A stretch of DNA of 64,000 nucleotides, taken from positions 1 to 64,000 of the forward strand of contig NIVC01002110.1 of the NCBI GenBank assembly GCA_002269645.1, given 5' to 3'. The position numbers were made by a program, and so were the translations under genes. The stretch comes from Macrostomum lignano (lineage: Eukaryota). The notes under the pieces are model-generated. The model did no database searches. It worked only from the letters and a program-made list of their open reading frames with translations, and was not told where the DNA came from. Below, one piece after another: positions 20,819 through 44,519 of the stretch. How positions within the stretch are numbered: position 1 is the first letter of the stretch; every line of letters starts with the position of its first letter.

Positions 20819-21864
20819 TATGTACCAACACCAAGCAACTAAGCTCTTAACTGCTTCAGTCATTTTGCAACAAAATATGCAGATACACTATTTCTTTTCA
20901 GTCACATGCATTCGATTGCTAATAGTTTTTTTTAAAATACAAGTTTTATGCAGCCTAATTTAATAAATAAATGCATTGTATACTTCAGCTTTTATAATTG
21001 ATTTGATTATAATTGTAAAATTAGACAGCTGCTCAAATTGAGAGCTGGTACCTTTCTTACTGCAAATTTTCTCGGCTGGCAACTTTCCGGCTTGCAACTT
21101 TCCGGGTGGCAACCTTCCGGGTGGCAACCTTCCTAGCTGGCAACTTTCGGCTGGCAATTTTCCTGCTTGCGACCTTCCTACTGGCAACTTTCCGGCTTGC
21201 AACTTTCGGCTGGCAACTTTCCGGCTGGCAACCTTCCTGGCTGGCAACTTTCTGGCTGGCAACTTTCCGGCTGGCAACCTTCCTGGCTGGCAACTTTCCG
21301 GCTGGCAACCTTCCTGGCTGGCAACTTTCTGGCTGGCAACCTTCCTGGCTGGCAACTTTCGGCTGGCAATTTTCCAGCTGGCAACCTTCCTGGCTGGCAA
21401 CTTTCCGGCTGGCAACCTTCCGGCTGGCAACCTTCCGGCTTGCAACCTTCCTGGCTGGCAACTTCCCGGCTGGCAACCTTCTCGGCTGGCAATTCTAGGG
21501 CTGGTTGTTAATATTTGTAGCCAAATTTTACGGATATTTGAAAATATTTTTGCGATGACGCGTTAATGTGCAAGTCAATTGTGATTCTTTTAGTAATGGA
21601 ACATTGCGTCCATTAAGTGTGACAGATTTCAAGTTTCGATGTAGATGGAATTTTTAATTACAGGTCTTCGCTGGCTATCTGACCAAGGTTATTGATTTCA
21701 TACAATCTTAAAATATCAATCTTATTTGCGTCCTCATTGGGATCATATGAAGACCTTCTAATTATTTCTACATTAACGTTGACAGATGTTTTTAAAGAGC
21801 TTTTTAAAAAATTCCCTATTTCTATGAACGTCTTCAGTCAAGTCAATAATCAGTTAGTTAAAAA

Positions 21865-22704
21865 CAGTGTTGGGCAAGTTACTCAAAAAAAGTAACTTGC
21901 GTTACTGTAACTTAAGTTACCAATTTTTAAAAAGTAACTTACGTTAGCCTAGTAACTTTAGACAAAAACCCGGTAACTTTTAAGTTACTGTCCGTTACTC
22001 ACTTCCGTTACCCATGTTATTAACAAAATTTTCTGCTTTTTTCACATTGCACATTTTTTCACATTGTTGTTACCAAAATTTGCCATTGGGCATTGGGATT
22101 AACCGATTAACAGACAGAGACAGGAATTGGCGACACGATGTGAGGCAAGTAGAAGGACCAATGGGCAATGGCAATTAATAATTAAAATTATAAATGATAA
22201 AATAAACGAATATCAATAATTTAATAGAGTAAAATAAATAGAACTGTATAAAATGGTGTAGTGTACTGCAGTGCCAGCGGAGGGACTTGTGGAGGCTACA
22301 GATGAATTTCTTTCTTTGGTTGTTTGTTTGAATCAAACTTGAAAATTTTTAGTAACTTGAAAATGAAAGGCGAAAATATTTTACCGAAATTAACAAAGTA
22401 TAACATGTTTCAAGTTTTTCTTCATTACTTAAGCGCAATACCATATGATCTATTCACTTAATTTTGAATTTAGGAATGAAAAATGCAAAAACATGTGATA
22501 ACCGGCGTAATAGCTAAGCATTTCAGTTTTAAATTTAAATATTGCGATCGTTGCAAAGTAACTGTAACGGACTTCCGAAATTTGAGTAACTTACCGTTAC
22601 TCCGTTACTAAAATAAAAAAGTAACTTGCGTAAGGAACGCTTTACGAAAAAGTAACTTGCGTTACCATTTGCAAGTTACTCGGTAACGGAAGTGCCCAAC
22701 ACTG
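21865..22704. mobile_element. hAT-family non-autonomous element (840 bp)
   Basis: TIR CAGTGTTGGGCA; exact 8-bp TSD GTTAAAAA; many subterminal GTAAC/GTTAC motifs. Confidence 0.92.
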
Positions 22705-23129
22705 GTTAAAAATATATATGGGTTCTGTCAAGACTCACTGAAGTCCTTCATCAAAAGAATATAAAGCTGACATAAAAGTTTTAAACTATAGTATCACCGT
22801 TTTCCTTACATAGCATATGCTCGTATCCTTCTCCATATTGTTTCTAACGAATGGAGATTCATTAGCCATAAATAATATTAAAAGTACATGTAGAAATCTA
22901 TTTGTGGCTGGTTATTATAGGTTATAGCTAAACACTGCATTTATGGTCAGCTTAGCTGTTCATTTCTTGGGAGCAAAGTTGGGGTCAGTTTGTAATTGCC
23001 AGCCCGCCATTTCTCGCAGCCGACATTTGCCAGCCGATCAACGTGTCATTGACCAGAAATTGTTTTAAAATGCAACAAGAAGATTAAGACTTGGGGTTGA
23101 GAAATCAGGCTTTAGGATATTTTTATTAC

Positions 23130-23460
23130 AGGTGCAGGTGGCTGTGTGCACCCTGGCGCAATTTTAACGACATTGTCACAAAACCGTCGTGAGGCATTAC
23201 TGCCCATACCGCCGACTCCCCTGAGCAGGCACACAAGCGCGCGGGTACGTACGCAGTCATACGCACAGGCACTCACACAGGAGTGTACAGCGGGCCTAAC
23301 ATTATTTATTGTTAGGCATGTACACTTCCCTGTTCCTTGGGGCTGGCCCTCAATGTCGTTAACTGCGCACGAGCAGAGCCAAGCCGAGATTTCAGTTTAG
23401 CCCCAAATTAATGCGACTGCACTTGGAATCGAGCCCGGGTCGCTGGCACCTCAGAGCGCC
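23130..23460 (-). mobile_element. tRNA-derived SINE copy
   Basis: Reverse complement aligns with 40052-40412 (B-box GGCTCGATTCC; body and 3' end). Confidence 0.85.
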
Positions 23461-24339
23461 CTCCTCCGGTTTAAGATAAGGTTAGGATTGTAGGCTTACG
23501 CTCGTAGAGTTGAGGAATTTAGGGTTCAGTATAGGATTTGAGCTGGGGATTATGTTCGGCAGTCAATTCGCGTGGTAGTCAAATTGCGGCAGTCAGTCGT
23601 CATCATGGCCACTGCACAATCTCTTTCTTGATTGCTTGTAATTTATTTTTTACAGTACAAGCGCATGGCGGCGTTCATATTTTGCGTCTCATTTAAACGG
23701 CACTTAGGGCATGCGAAGGCGTATTCAGCATGCCAGTGAAGTATGAGACAGGCTAGGCCTATCGGCTAAGGTCTGCGATGCTTCACGCCTGCCCCATCTT
23801 CAGCAAGTTAAGGCTGGTGGGAGGTCTGCATGCACCCTCTATTTGCCGCTGGCAGTCGCAGACCCCCCCCCCCACTCGCAAGTCGACCCAGGGGTACTCA
23901 TCCCCGCGTGTGTTCAAGGCAGACCCTAGGGCTGCTGGACAGACTGGGCTCCGACGCTGGTGACCCATCCAGTGGCTTCGGCCGAACTTGGGTTTGCGGG
24001 TCTGGCATGCCAGCCTGCAGGCCGTAGCACCGCTTAACGTGCCCCCTAATGCCTAAGGTATTTGACCGTGCCGATGGGCTGGAAGGCCGGGGGTTGTCCG
24101 GTCGCTAGCGGTCATTTTCTTTTTCTTCTTTCCTCCTTTTGTGACTCAGCTCACTCCTGTCTGCGGGCCTTCAGCGGCCAGCGGAATGGGCGACCCTCGC
24201 CTCCCTGCTGTCTACGGACTATCCTGCAGCTAAGTCAACGGCACTTAGGATTCATGTCGTTGGTCTTCACTACGTGTTATCATTATTGACCGAAATTTTT
24301 TAAAACAAAATTTTTGCTTCCATCGTCGTGCGCTATCAC

Positions 24340-24840
24340 AACTTGGTGGTGGTGATTCCCGACCAGAGCTAGTCCGGGGCCCCAATCCTCTGGAGATAAT
24401 CGAGCACGCGAGGGCCGTCGTCAGCGACGACGGACAGCGACGGATTTGGTCCTAGGACATCCGCCCGGATGTCTGCGTGTGCCGGGCACTGGATCATGAG
24501 GTGTTTGAGGTCCTCCTCGGCTTTTCCGCATGCTGGGCAGGTTGCGGATGCCTCCAGACCGTTGCGGGGCGATATTTGCGGAGACGGGGCAGCGGCCGGT
24601 GCGGAGCTGGGCCAGGGTCACTTGGGCTTTGCTCCCGAAGCCCGGCGGTAAGTGTTTCGGTACATGGCCTCCCTTGTGTGGCAGAGCGATGCGTCGTCTA
24701 GTGCTGATCATTTTCGTAGGCTTCGTTGAGGTCCGAGGCTACCCGCATAGCGATGGCCGAGCGGTTGCTGTAGAGGTCCAGAAGGGCGTCAGCTTGCTGG
24801 AGCCGAGCCGCATCGCGCGCTGTGCTGTCCGCCGTTGACT
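24340..24840 (-). mobile_element. 5'-truncated, degenerate non-LTR retrotransposon (ORF2 C-terminus)
   Basis: AQVTLAQLRTGRCP...TCPACGKAEEDLKHLMIQCP (CX2CX7HX4C knuckle)...VLDYLQRIG*, typical of I/Jockey-group ORF2 ends; frameshifted. Confidence 0.8.
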
Positions 24841-25504
24841 CTATCACGACGTCTTTGTAGTGGCCTTATCCGAACAGAAGGCTCTTCTTCAGTGTTTTGT
24901 TGGTCACACAAAACACGGGCATCTTTTTGGCCAGCCATGCTATGCTTGAAACTTGACGTCTTACTCGCTCACCTGTTTACGTCAGTTTCAACAAAACTGC
25001 AATTCAATTTCACCAATTCAGATTTATTTTTAGACACGCAAGCTAGCTCCCAGACTATAGTTCTGGCAATGAATTTATAGACAAATCCGAAGTCAATTTA
25101 ATCAGGTTTATAATCAATTGCGAGACGTCCTATGAAAAGCAAAGAACAAAAGCAAAGAGGAGCCGATTGAAGATGACTGACTCCTATATACCTGCTGATA
25201 CTGTATGCAGACTGTCACTCAATCAATCCACTCATGCACACACCCCAACAAATTGTAGAGCCGCGCAGAATTTCTAATCATCAGGGATGTACATTCTCTG
25301 CGCCTTTGGGAATTGGTCCTCATAGGTGTGAGCCTCCATTGGTCACTTTTCGTGCTCAAGCCACAAATGAAAGGCTGCCCGTGTCTTTTGCTGCCTCTGC
25401 TCTCCTTGAATTTTATTTCATTTCCTTTCTTTGCTTAGTAATTTTTTAATATTGAGAAAATCACAGATTGTGACTCCTGTACTTTCAATTCCAAGTACAG
25501 CCAG

Positions 25505-26070
25505 GTAGGCACCCCTGTCTCTTGGTATTCACCCCTGTCTTTTGGTATTCGCCCCTGTCTCTTGGTAGGCGCCCTTGTCTTTTGGTATTCGCCCCTGTCT
25601 TGGTAGGTGCCCTTGTCTCTTGGTAGGCGCCCTTGTCTCTTGGTAGGCGCCCTTGTCTCTTGGTAGGCGCCCTTGTCTCTTGGTAGGCGCCCTTGTCTTG
25701 GTAGGCGCCCTTGTCTTTTGGTATTCGCCCCTGTCTCTTGGTAGGCGCCCTTGTCTTTTGGTATTCGCCCCTGTCTTGGTAGGTGCCCTTGTCTCTTGGT
25801 AGGCGCCCTTGTCTCTTGGTAGGCGCCCTTGTCTCTTGGTAGGCGCCCTTGTCTCTTGGTAGGCGCCCTTGTCTTGGTAGGCGCCCTTGTCTCTTGGTAG
25901 GCGCCCTTGTCTTTTGGTATTCGCCCCTGTCTTGGTAGGCGCCCTTGTCTCTTGGTAGGCGCTCTTGTCTCTTGGTAGGCGCCCTTGTCTCTTGGTAGGC
26001 GCCCTTGTCTCTTGGTAGGCGCCCTTGTCTCTTGGTAGGCGCCCTTGTCTCTTGGTAGGCGCCCCTGTTG
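25505..26070. repeat. 20-bp minisatellite
   Basis: cttggtaggcgcccttgtct. Confidence 0.95.
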
Positions 26071-26171
26071 GAGCGGGGGGCGGCCGTCCGGCTCCCTTTG
26101 TGGCTGAGGATGATGGCGCCCCTTTTCCTTTCAGCTATAAAAAGGTCCTCACCGCACCTCAGCTTGCTCAG

Positions 26172-26670
26172 TAAGGCGCCCCTGTCGTGTATATTATGGC
26201 GCCCCTGTCGTGTATATTATGGCGCCCCTCTCGTCTATATTATGGCGCCCCTTCTCGTGTATATTATGGCGCCCATCTCGTCTATATTATGGCGCCCATC
26301 TCGTCTATATTATGGCGCCCATCTCGTCTATATTATGGCGCCCATCTCGTCTATATTATGGCGCCCATCTCGTCTATATTATGGCGCCCATCTCGTCTAT
26401 ATTATGGCGCCCATCTCATCTATATTATGGCGCCCCTCTCGTCTATATTATGGCGCCCATCTCGTCTATATTATGGCGCCCCTCTCGTCTATATTATGGC
26501 GCCCATCTCGTCTACAGTATGGCGCCCATCTCGTCTATATTATGGCGCCCATCTCGTTTACAGTATGGCGCCCATCTCGTGTACAGTATGGCGCCCATCT
26601 CGTCTATATTATGGCGCCCATCTCGTCTACAGTATGGCGCCCATCTCGTGTACATTATGGCGCCCCCACT
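26172..26670. repeat. 23-bp minisatellite
   Basis: ggcgcccatctcgtctatattat. Confidence 0.95.
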
Positions 26671-27139
26671 CTTATCCGCTCTCTCACCTCATTTTATACA
26701 TAAACACTCGTAATAAACCACTAAAACGAGGAGATATTCTATAATTTGAGATCCATGCCGATGAAAAACAATGTTTAGAAATAAAGCTATGATTTCACAT
26801 TACAACATTTGAAAGATTGTTCCATTGGCTGCAGCAGTCAGAATGGCAGCCCAGCCAATAGCAGCACACCCAGTCTGATTAATCTATAAACCCTTCACCC
26901 GGTTTACACTGAGACAAACCCAACTGCGGTTAAACACAAGCTTTAGTGTTTGGATTTGTTTCAGGAATACAAAAATGGATAATCTAACTGTGACCCCAGC
27001 AACCAGAGCGTCAGAGAATAGCTCTTTGATTCACGTGAGTTGTGGCGACAAGCTTTCTGTGTCTACGAGCCCCATAAGTTTATGAATTTACTGTTTTTCT
27101 GTACTTTCTGTAGTCTGTTAGCAATAGGACATTCCCCCC

Positions 27140-27450
27140 CCCAAACCACCCAATCAGTGGGATATCCACCACCCCAATCAGTGGGATATCCACCAACTAA
27201 ATCAGTGGGATATCCACCAACTAAATCAGTGGGATATCCACCAACTAAATCAGCGGGATATCCACCAACTAAATCAGTGGGATATCCACAAAATCAGTGG
27301 GATATCCACAAAATCAGTGGGATATCCACAAAATCAGTGGGATATCCACAAAATCAGTGGGATATCCACAAAATCAGTGGGATATCCACAAAATAAGTGG
27401 GATATCCACAAAATCAGTGGGATATTCACAAAATCAGTGGGATATCCACC
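27140..27450. repeat. 20/24-bp minisatellite
   Basis: aaatcagtgggatatccaca. Confidence 0.93.
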
Positions 27451-27864
27451 TCACCTACCGCATTCAACTGTACATCTCTCCATACAAATACATTTGCATA
27501 TAGAATTCCACATTCAGACAAGCTTTAAAAATGTGCAAAACTCATACGATTTATTCCGTAATTAAACTGCCTACTTAAAACAACCAATTGTATAGTGTTG
27601 GTTTTTTAGGCATTGTACTTTTAAAACGGCCGATTTAAAGCCATGTGCTCCAGAGCCAAGGAAATTCGATCAAAATTTATGGTTTCCGTTCTTTATGGCT
27701 CGAGTTGGTGGTGGTTGCGTTTTCCTTCTAAAAAAATATCTGTTTTTCATCCCCGCGATTAAAGCGCTTAAATGTTGTGCGCCAATGATTAATAGATGGA
27801 TTTACCGGTCAGTGTAATTTGGATCGAATCAATTCACTGCTGCTTCAATATAATGCGAACTGGG

Positions 27865-28915
27865 AGACTGGGGTGTCAGTTAGCTAAATTATCGAGACTT
27901 GAAGGGTGTCAGCTCGCTAAATTATCGAGACTTGAAGGGTGTCAGCTCGCTAAATTATCGAGACTTGAAGGGTGTCAGCTCGCTAAATTATCGAGACTTG
28001 AAGGGTGTCAGCTCGCTAAATTATCGAGACTTGAAGGGTGTCAGCTAGCTAAATTATCGAGACTTGAAGGGTGTCAGCTCGCTAAATTATCGAGACTTGA
28101 AGGGTGTCAGCTCGCTAAATTATCGAGACTTGAAGGGTGTCAGCTCGCTAAATTATCGAGACTTTAAGGGTGTCAGCTCGCTAAATTATCGAGACTTGAA
28201 GGGTGTCAGCTAGCTAAATTATCGAGACTTGAAGGGTGTCAGCTCGCTAAATTATCGAGACTTGAAGGGTGTCAGCTCGCTAAATTATCGAGACTTGAAG
28301 GGTGTCAGCTCGCTAAATTATCGAGACTTGAAGGGTGTCAGCTCGCTAAATTATCGAGACTTGAAGGGTGTCAGCTCGCTAAATTATCGAGACTTGAAGG
28401 GTGTCAGCTCGCTAAATTATCGAGACTTGAAGGGTGTCAGCTAGCTAAATTATCGAGACTTTAAGGGTGTCAGCTCGCTAAATTATCGAGACTTGAAGGG
28501 TGTCAGCTCGCTAAATTATCGAGACTTGAAGGGTGTCAGCTGGCTAAATTATCGAGACTGGAAGGGTGTCAGCTAGCTAAATTATCGAGACTTGAAGGGT
28601 GTCAGCTTGCTAAATTATCAGAACTGGGGGAGGTGTCAGCTCACTAACTTTTCAGGACTTTGGAAGGGTGTCAGATCGCTAAATTATCAGAACTGGGGGA
28701 GGTGTCAGCTCGCTAACTTTTCAGGACTTTGGAAGGGTGTCAGATCGCTAAATTATCAGAACTGGGGGAGGTGTCAGCTCGCTAACTTTTCAGGACTTTG
28801 GAAGGGTGTCAGATCGCTAAATTATCAGAACTGGGGGAGGTGTCAGCTCGCTAACTTTTCAGGACTTTGGAAGGGTGTCAGATCGCTAAATTATCAGGAC
28901 TTGCAGGGTGTCAGT
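27865..28915. repeat. 33-bp minisatellite changing into a 69-bp dimer
   Basis: gaagggtgtcagctcgctaaattatcgagactt; 69-bp period from about 28600. Confidence 0.95.
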
Positions 28916-30730
28916 AAATTTTTTGTCATTAACTTTAAAAAGGTATGCTTGATTTGTTATTTGCATTTGAAAGATAATATGCAATATTTTTACCAATAAT
29001 TATGAACTGCGGCAAATGCATAAATCTATCTACAATAGCCAAAAGGAGTTTATCCGGGATTATCCGCAGTCCCTTGCAAAACCCAGTCCCAATATCCAGA
29101 CTGCACAAGCTTGATACAGCAAGCCGGAAAAATCCAGACGGCAGTTTGTGATTAATAATGGCTGCTCTAAAAGCGCCTTTGTCTTGCCGCAGAATGCCGC
29201 TCTCATTTTTGTGCTATTCCATTTAGACGAGCAATCAACAGATGAAATTCCCGTATCACGTGTATGGTTCTTGTTTCAATTAAATAGTGGGTTACAGGTA
29301 CCTTTCCGCGCTTATGGTTTTTATTATTGTTAAGACTGACGCCTTTTACTTTGGGTGAACAATTAGACGCTGCAGTCCTTGCACTTAAAATGGAAATCTA
29401 AGTATTTATTTTTTCTTATTGGGAATTGAGATTAAATCATTAAATAATTAATCGTGAAATAAAGTGATAACAATGTATTGGTCCTAAATAATTTACCTTG
29501 AGATTTTAAGTCACCCATTTGATTACCTCTGTGCGTCACTTCAAGGCAGAGACTGGATTCTCTCTGTATCTTCAGATTCTACATGAAAATCTACATAATT
29601 TCATATTAATCTTGTAATATTACACGTAGCACAGTTGCTAGAAAGATGACCTCTTACCTACATTTGCGAGTATACACATTGCAAGAAACTTGAGACATGC
29701 ATGTCCTGTAGTCAATTTCCTGCTAAAGGCGAGACATAAAATTAGGCAGACAAACAGCTCTTATCATCACGATGAGTTGTGAGCAAATTCATAATGAAAA
29801 ATGCAGAAATTTCGAGACACTCGATGAGGCGTTTTATTAAACCAGCGCTCTTCGCTTTCGCATTTTAAAATAGCTTTTAAAATTCTACAGAAAAAAAATA
29901 AGAGACAGACTATCCATTATCCCGCATGCAGCACTACACATTGTTGAGCCTTTTAAATTATTGAACACGAAATCTAAATCTCTGAATCAATACACTCAGA
30001 CACGCGTCAGGATTTGTGCATAGAAAATTTCCAACTGAGCATTCAGGCAGGCAGGCTGGTAATATATTTAGAATATTTAGAAGGCTTTATCGCTAGTCTT
30101 TATACACAACGCCAGCTTGGACCAATTAGGCACGGACTGGGGAGCGAAATTGGCCGGATTAGCGCGCCAGTAAGCACAGCAAGGCGACAAAATTTTTACT
30201 GCCAATCAAGCCGACTCCTCATGCCTCTCGCTCTTCGGTCCGGGCCGGACTCTTTCCTGAGGATCATCCCGGGGGCGGAATTTTTTCCTCTAGCAGTTTT
30301 TTTTCTCCTTCGGGGGCCGGTAGTCGCTATGAGCCTATAAGTATTGATTGGCGAACTGTTATTGCGAGATCCGAGCACACACAGGTCCGTCGAAGGAACT
30401 CAACTAAGGAACTCTAGAACAAAGAGTCTGGAATGCTATAAATCTACACCAAAAATCAATAAATTTTCGAACCTAATTGATGCACCGTTCTGAACTAAAT
30501 TTTACTAAAGTTAGCATAACTTTGGACAGTTGCAGTAGAAGGTCGCTATACTTACTTAAATTTTCTTAGAAAAGAGCTGAAACCCGGCAAAGAACTACAA
30601 TATATTCATCGTAGTGAATTTAGTATACTCTGGAGGAGTCGGATTTTTCTCGACTGAATTTGTCTATGGTAAAACCCTATTTAGCACTGTGCATTCTTTG
30701 CCGGACTCCAGCTCATTTCTAAGAAATTCA

Positions 30731-30917
30731 AGTGTTCGACGAGTGTTCGACGAGTGTTCGACGAGTGTTCGACGAGTGTTCGATGAGTGTTCGATGAGTG
30801 TTCGACGAGTGTTCGACGAGTGTTCGACGAGTGTTCGACGAGTGTTCGACGAGTGTTCGACGAGTGTTCGACGAGTGTTCGACGAGTGTTCGACGAGTGT
30901 TCGACGAGTGTTCGACG
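30731..30917. repeat. 11-bp tandem repeat
   Basis: gagtgttcgac, about 17 copies. Confidence 0.95.
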
Positions 30918-31639
30918 GATTAATTTAGAGTTCTGTCCAGTTCTGTCCAAATACATGCGCCCTGAAAATCAAGACTCAAAGGTGCAAGTACTCAAATACC
31001 TGAGTTATTTGAGTTACGACAATTGAACTGACTGCGTCATGGGTAAGAGTAGGCATTCCAAGTCCTATCTCTAGAGTTCCTTGGCACAGCTGGAACCGAC
31101 TCAACTCCCAGAGAAGCCCCTCCTAGCGCCCAGCGGCACAGCGGGGGTGTTTCCAGAAGTCAGCGCAGGGCCATTCAGAGTTATATAAAGTTGGAGCCAA
31201 ATAACATACGCTCGCATACACCGGCTCTCCTCTTCATTTTCGTCCCCAAATTACTGGAGAGTTCGGGCACTGCAGGGGGGATTAGGGAAGTGCGAGAGAC
31301 TTCCTCCACCCGACTATCTCCCTTCTAACCAACCCGTTAGTTCATTTTCTGCGAAATTCTTCAACAAGCTCAACTCCACAACTAAGATCGAGACGGCCGG
31401 AACAACTTCTTACGAGCTATTCGAGGCTCTTTCAGTTCCTCAGAAAGAAAGAGACTTTTTTATCTGTCTAATTCCACTGCCGCTTCATTTCTTGGTCTAT
31501 TTTTTAAAAGAAGTCGTTTACTAGGCCGGGGTGCGTGTTCAGCTACTCGACTGGCCACCTGGGTCAGGAGAGGATCAATTAGGTCAGAGGGAGACAGGGG
31601 ATAGTCTGGAGATGAATTTGACCAGGAAGTAGTCGCCAT

Positions 31640-31746
31640 CTGCTCAGGGGAGTCGGCGGAATGGGCAGTAATGCCTCTCGCCGGTTATGTGCCTATGTCG
31701 CTTAAAGTGCGCCAGGGTGCACACAACCCCCCTGCCTCTAATAAAA
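31640..31746 (+). mobile_element. 5'-truncated SINE with TSD
   Basis: Matches the SINE 3' end (…CCTCTAATAAAAAA), flanked by direct repeat AAGTAGTCGCCAT. Confidence 0.88.
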
Positions 31747-32239
31747 AAGTAGTCGCCATGCAAGAAGATCCTCTCCATAAAATATCAGTTCACCTGGGAC
31801 TCTTACTCACAGTGACCATGGATAACTCTGCTTAACCTTGCTGCAATTTAAGGTTTACGGTTTAAGGTGCAAGTACCTGTGTAACTCTAGAATACAATAC
31901 ACCAAAGCATGGAATGAGCCTCAATGGACCCTAGAACAATTTTAGTTAAAAAGTTGATTGTTAGGTCAAGTCTTTTATTCCTAACTTGACTTTTCTATGT
32001 TTCACACACACACACGTGTTAATTCTATATCTGTGACTGGCCATACGGTATCACTGATAAGAGGCCCCTACCTGAATTACTCTGGTCAGTGTGAGAGGTT
32101 CTATACGCAAAATTTACTCTATATTCTGTTCATTCTCACGCAGGTGAGGCAATTGAGTAGTTAGGCCAAATGGGGTCAATATATAACTTTGCGCTGTTTA
32201 AAAAATAGTGCATATTTTGTATGATATTCAGTTAAATCC

Positions 32240-33505
32240 AATTGTCTCTAATGGCGCCAGAATCCAATTGTCTCTAATGGCGCCAGAATCCAATTGTCTC
32301 TAATGGCGCCAGAATCCAATTGTCTCTAATGGCGCCAGAATCCAATTGTCTCTAATGGCGCCAGAATCCAATTGTTTCTAATGGCGCCAGAATCGAATTG
32401 TTTCTAATGGCGCCAGAATCCAATTGTTTCTAATGGCGCCAGAATCCAATTTTTTTAATGGCGCCAGAATCCAATTGATTCTAATGGCGCCAGAATCCAA
32501 TTGCTTCTAATGGCGCCAGAATCCAATTGTTTCTAATGGCGCCAGAATCCAATTGTTTCTAATGGCGCCAGAATCGAATTGTTTCTAATGGCGCCAGAAT
32601 TCAATTGTTTCTAATGGCGCCAGAATCGAATTGTTTCTTAGGCGCCAGAATCCAATTGTTTCTAATGGCGCCAGAATCCAATCGTTTCTAATAGCGCCAG
32701 AATCCAATTGTTTCTAATGGCGCCAGAATCCAATTGCTTCTAATGGCGCCAGAATCCAATTGCTACTAATGGCGCCAGAATCGAATTGTTTCTAATGGCG
32801 CCAGAATTCAATTGTTTTTAATTGCGCCAGAATCGAATTGTTTCTTACGGCGCCAGAATCCAATTGTTTCTAATGGCGCCAGAATCCAATTGCTACTAAT
32901 GGCGCCAGAATCCAACTGATTCTAATGGCGCCAGAATCCAATTGTTTCTTACGGCGCCAGAATCCAATTGTTTCTAATGGCGCCAGAATCCAATTGTTTC
33001 TAATGGCGCCAGAATCGAATTGTTTCTAATGGCGCCAGAATCCAATTGTTTCTAATGGCGCCAGAATCCAATTGCTTCTAATGGCGCCAGAATCCAATTG
33101 TTTCTAATGGCGCCAGAATCGAATTGTTTCTTACAGCGCCAGAATCCAATTGTTTCTAATGGCGCCAGAATCCAATTGTTTCTAATGGCGCCAGAATCGA
33201 ATTGTTTCTAATGGCGCCAGAATTCAATTGTTTCTAATGGCGCCAGAATCGAATTGTTTCTTACGGCGCCAGAATCCAATTGTTTCTAATGGCGCCAGAA
33301 TCCAATCTTTTCTAATGGCGCCAGAATCCAATTGTTTCTAATGGCGCCAGCATCCAATTGTTTCTAATAGCGCCAGAATCTAATTGTTTCTAATGGCGCC
33401 AGAATCCTATTGTCTCTAATGGCGCCAGAATCCAATTGTTTCTAATGGCGCCAGAATCCTATTGTCTCTAATGGCGCCAGAATCCAATTGTCTCTAATGG
33501 CGCCA
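32240..33505. repeat. 26-bp minisatellite (about 48 copies)
   Basis: aatccaattgtttctaatggcgccag. Confidence 0.96.
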
Positions 33506-33740
33506 AACCCAATTGTCTCTCATGACGCCAAAGCCATGAAAACCACTAAGTACATGTAAGCCATGCCCTCCTATTTCTCTGTGAAGCCAGCATTGCATCG
33601 ACAGTGCTAGGGGCACATTCCAGCAAGAATTCCCCAGAGCAACGCTATCGTTCTCGCAATCGGCGCCGGCAGAAACTTCAGACTTTCAATAGAATTGAAC
33701 TGCCAGTCACGGCAAGAATAACGATACAGAGGACAAGCGA

Positions 33741-33778
<38 letters not shown>

Positions 33779-34065
33779 ACATGCGCATGTGAATGGCGGA
33801 AGGCTTCAAAAGCATATGATTATGCAAATCAGCTTCTAAGCAGTTATTCTGAGCCATAACTGCCCTGGTACAATAGAATTATAATGAAGGCTTCACAGGC
33901 CGTTGAGCATGCGCACGCGAATAGACCCGTGAACTAGACAGATTGATTGTCATGCTGATCGCATCCTGGCTAATAGGTACAGAACAACAGTGAACACGCA
34001 TAGCAGGCCTTTTAAAGAGCTTTCATTTTTTAACAAACTGAAAAACAAGCGCACATTTTTTGCAG

Positions 34066-44338
<10,273 letters not shown>

Positions 44339-44519
44339 GCACCGAGTGATTGCTGCGTTAATAGCCACATTCGACAAGTCAATAGTGCTATTTATTTATC
44401 ATAGGGGATATTTTCTTAGAAAATAGAACAAACACCAGTTGTGATTTCTAAGAGGATACAAATAAGTTTTGAGTTGTTACGAGTTTCGAGAAAAAAATTA
44501 AAGAAACAAAGGAAGGGAG

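Larger units (their letters stand above)
18440..21495. mobile_element. Foldback-like inverted pair of GCCAGCCGG-repeat arms
   Basis: 18440-18650 and about 20970-21495 are imperfect reverse complements, including a shared unique tail GCTGTCTAATTTTACAATTATAAT. Confidence 0.7.

Noticed and set aside
23695-24075. Degenerate inverted repeat / possible MITE
   Set aside because: Arm similarity is patchy and no TSD was found.
25505-33505. CRISPR-like arrays
   Set aside because: Head-to-tail tandem units with no unique spacers, no cas genes, and a eukaryotic context.
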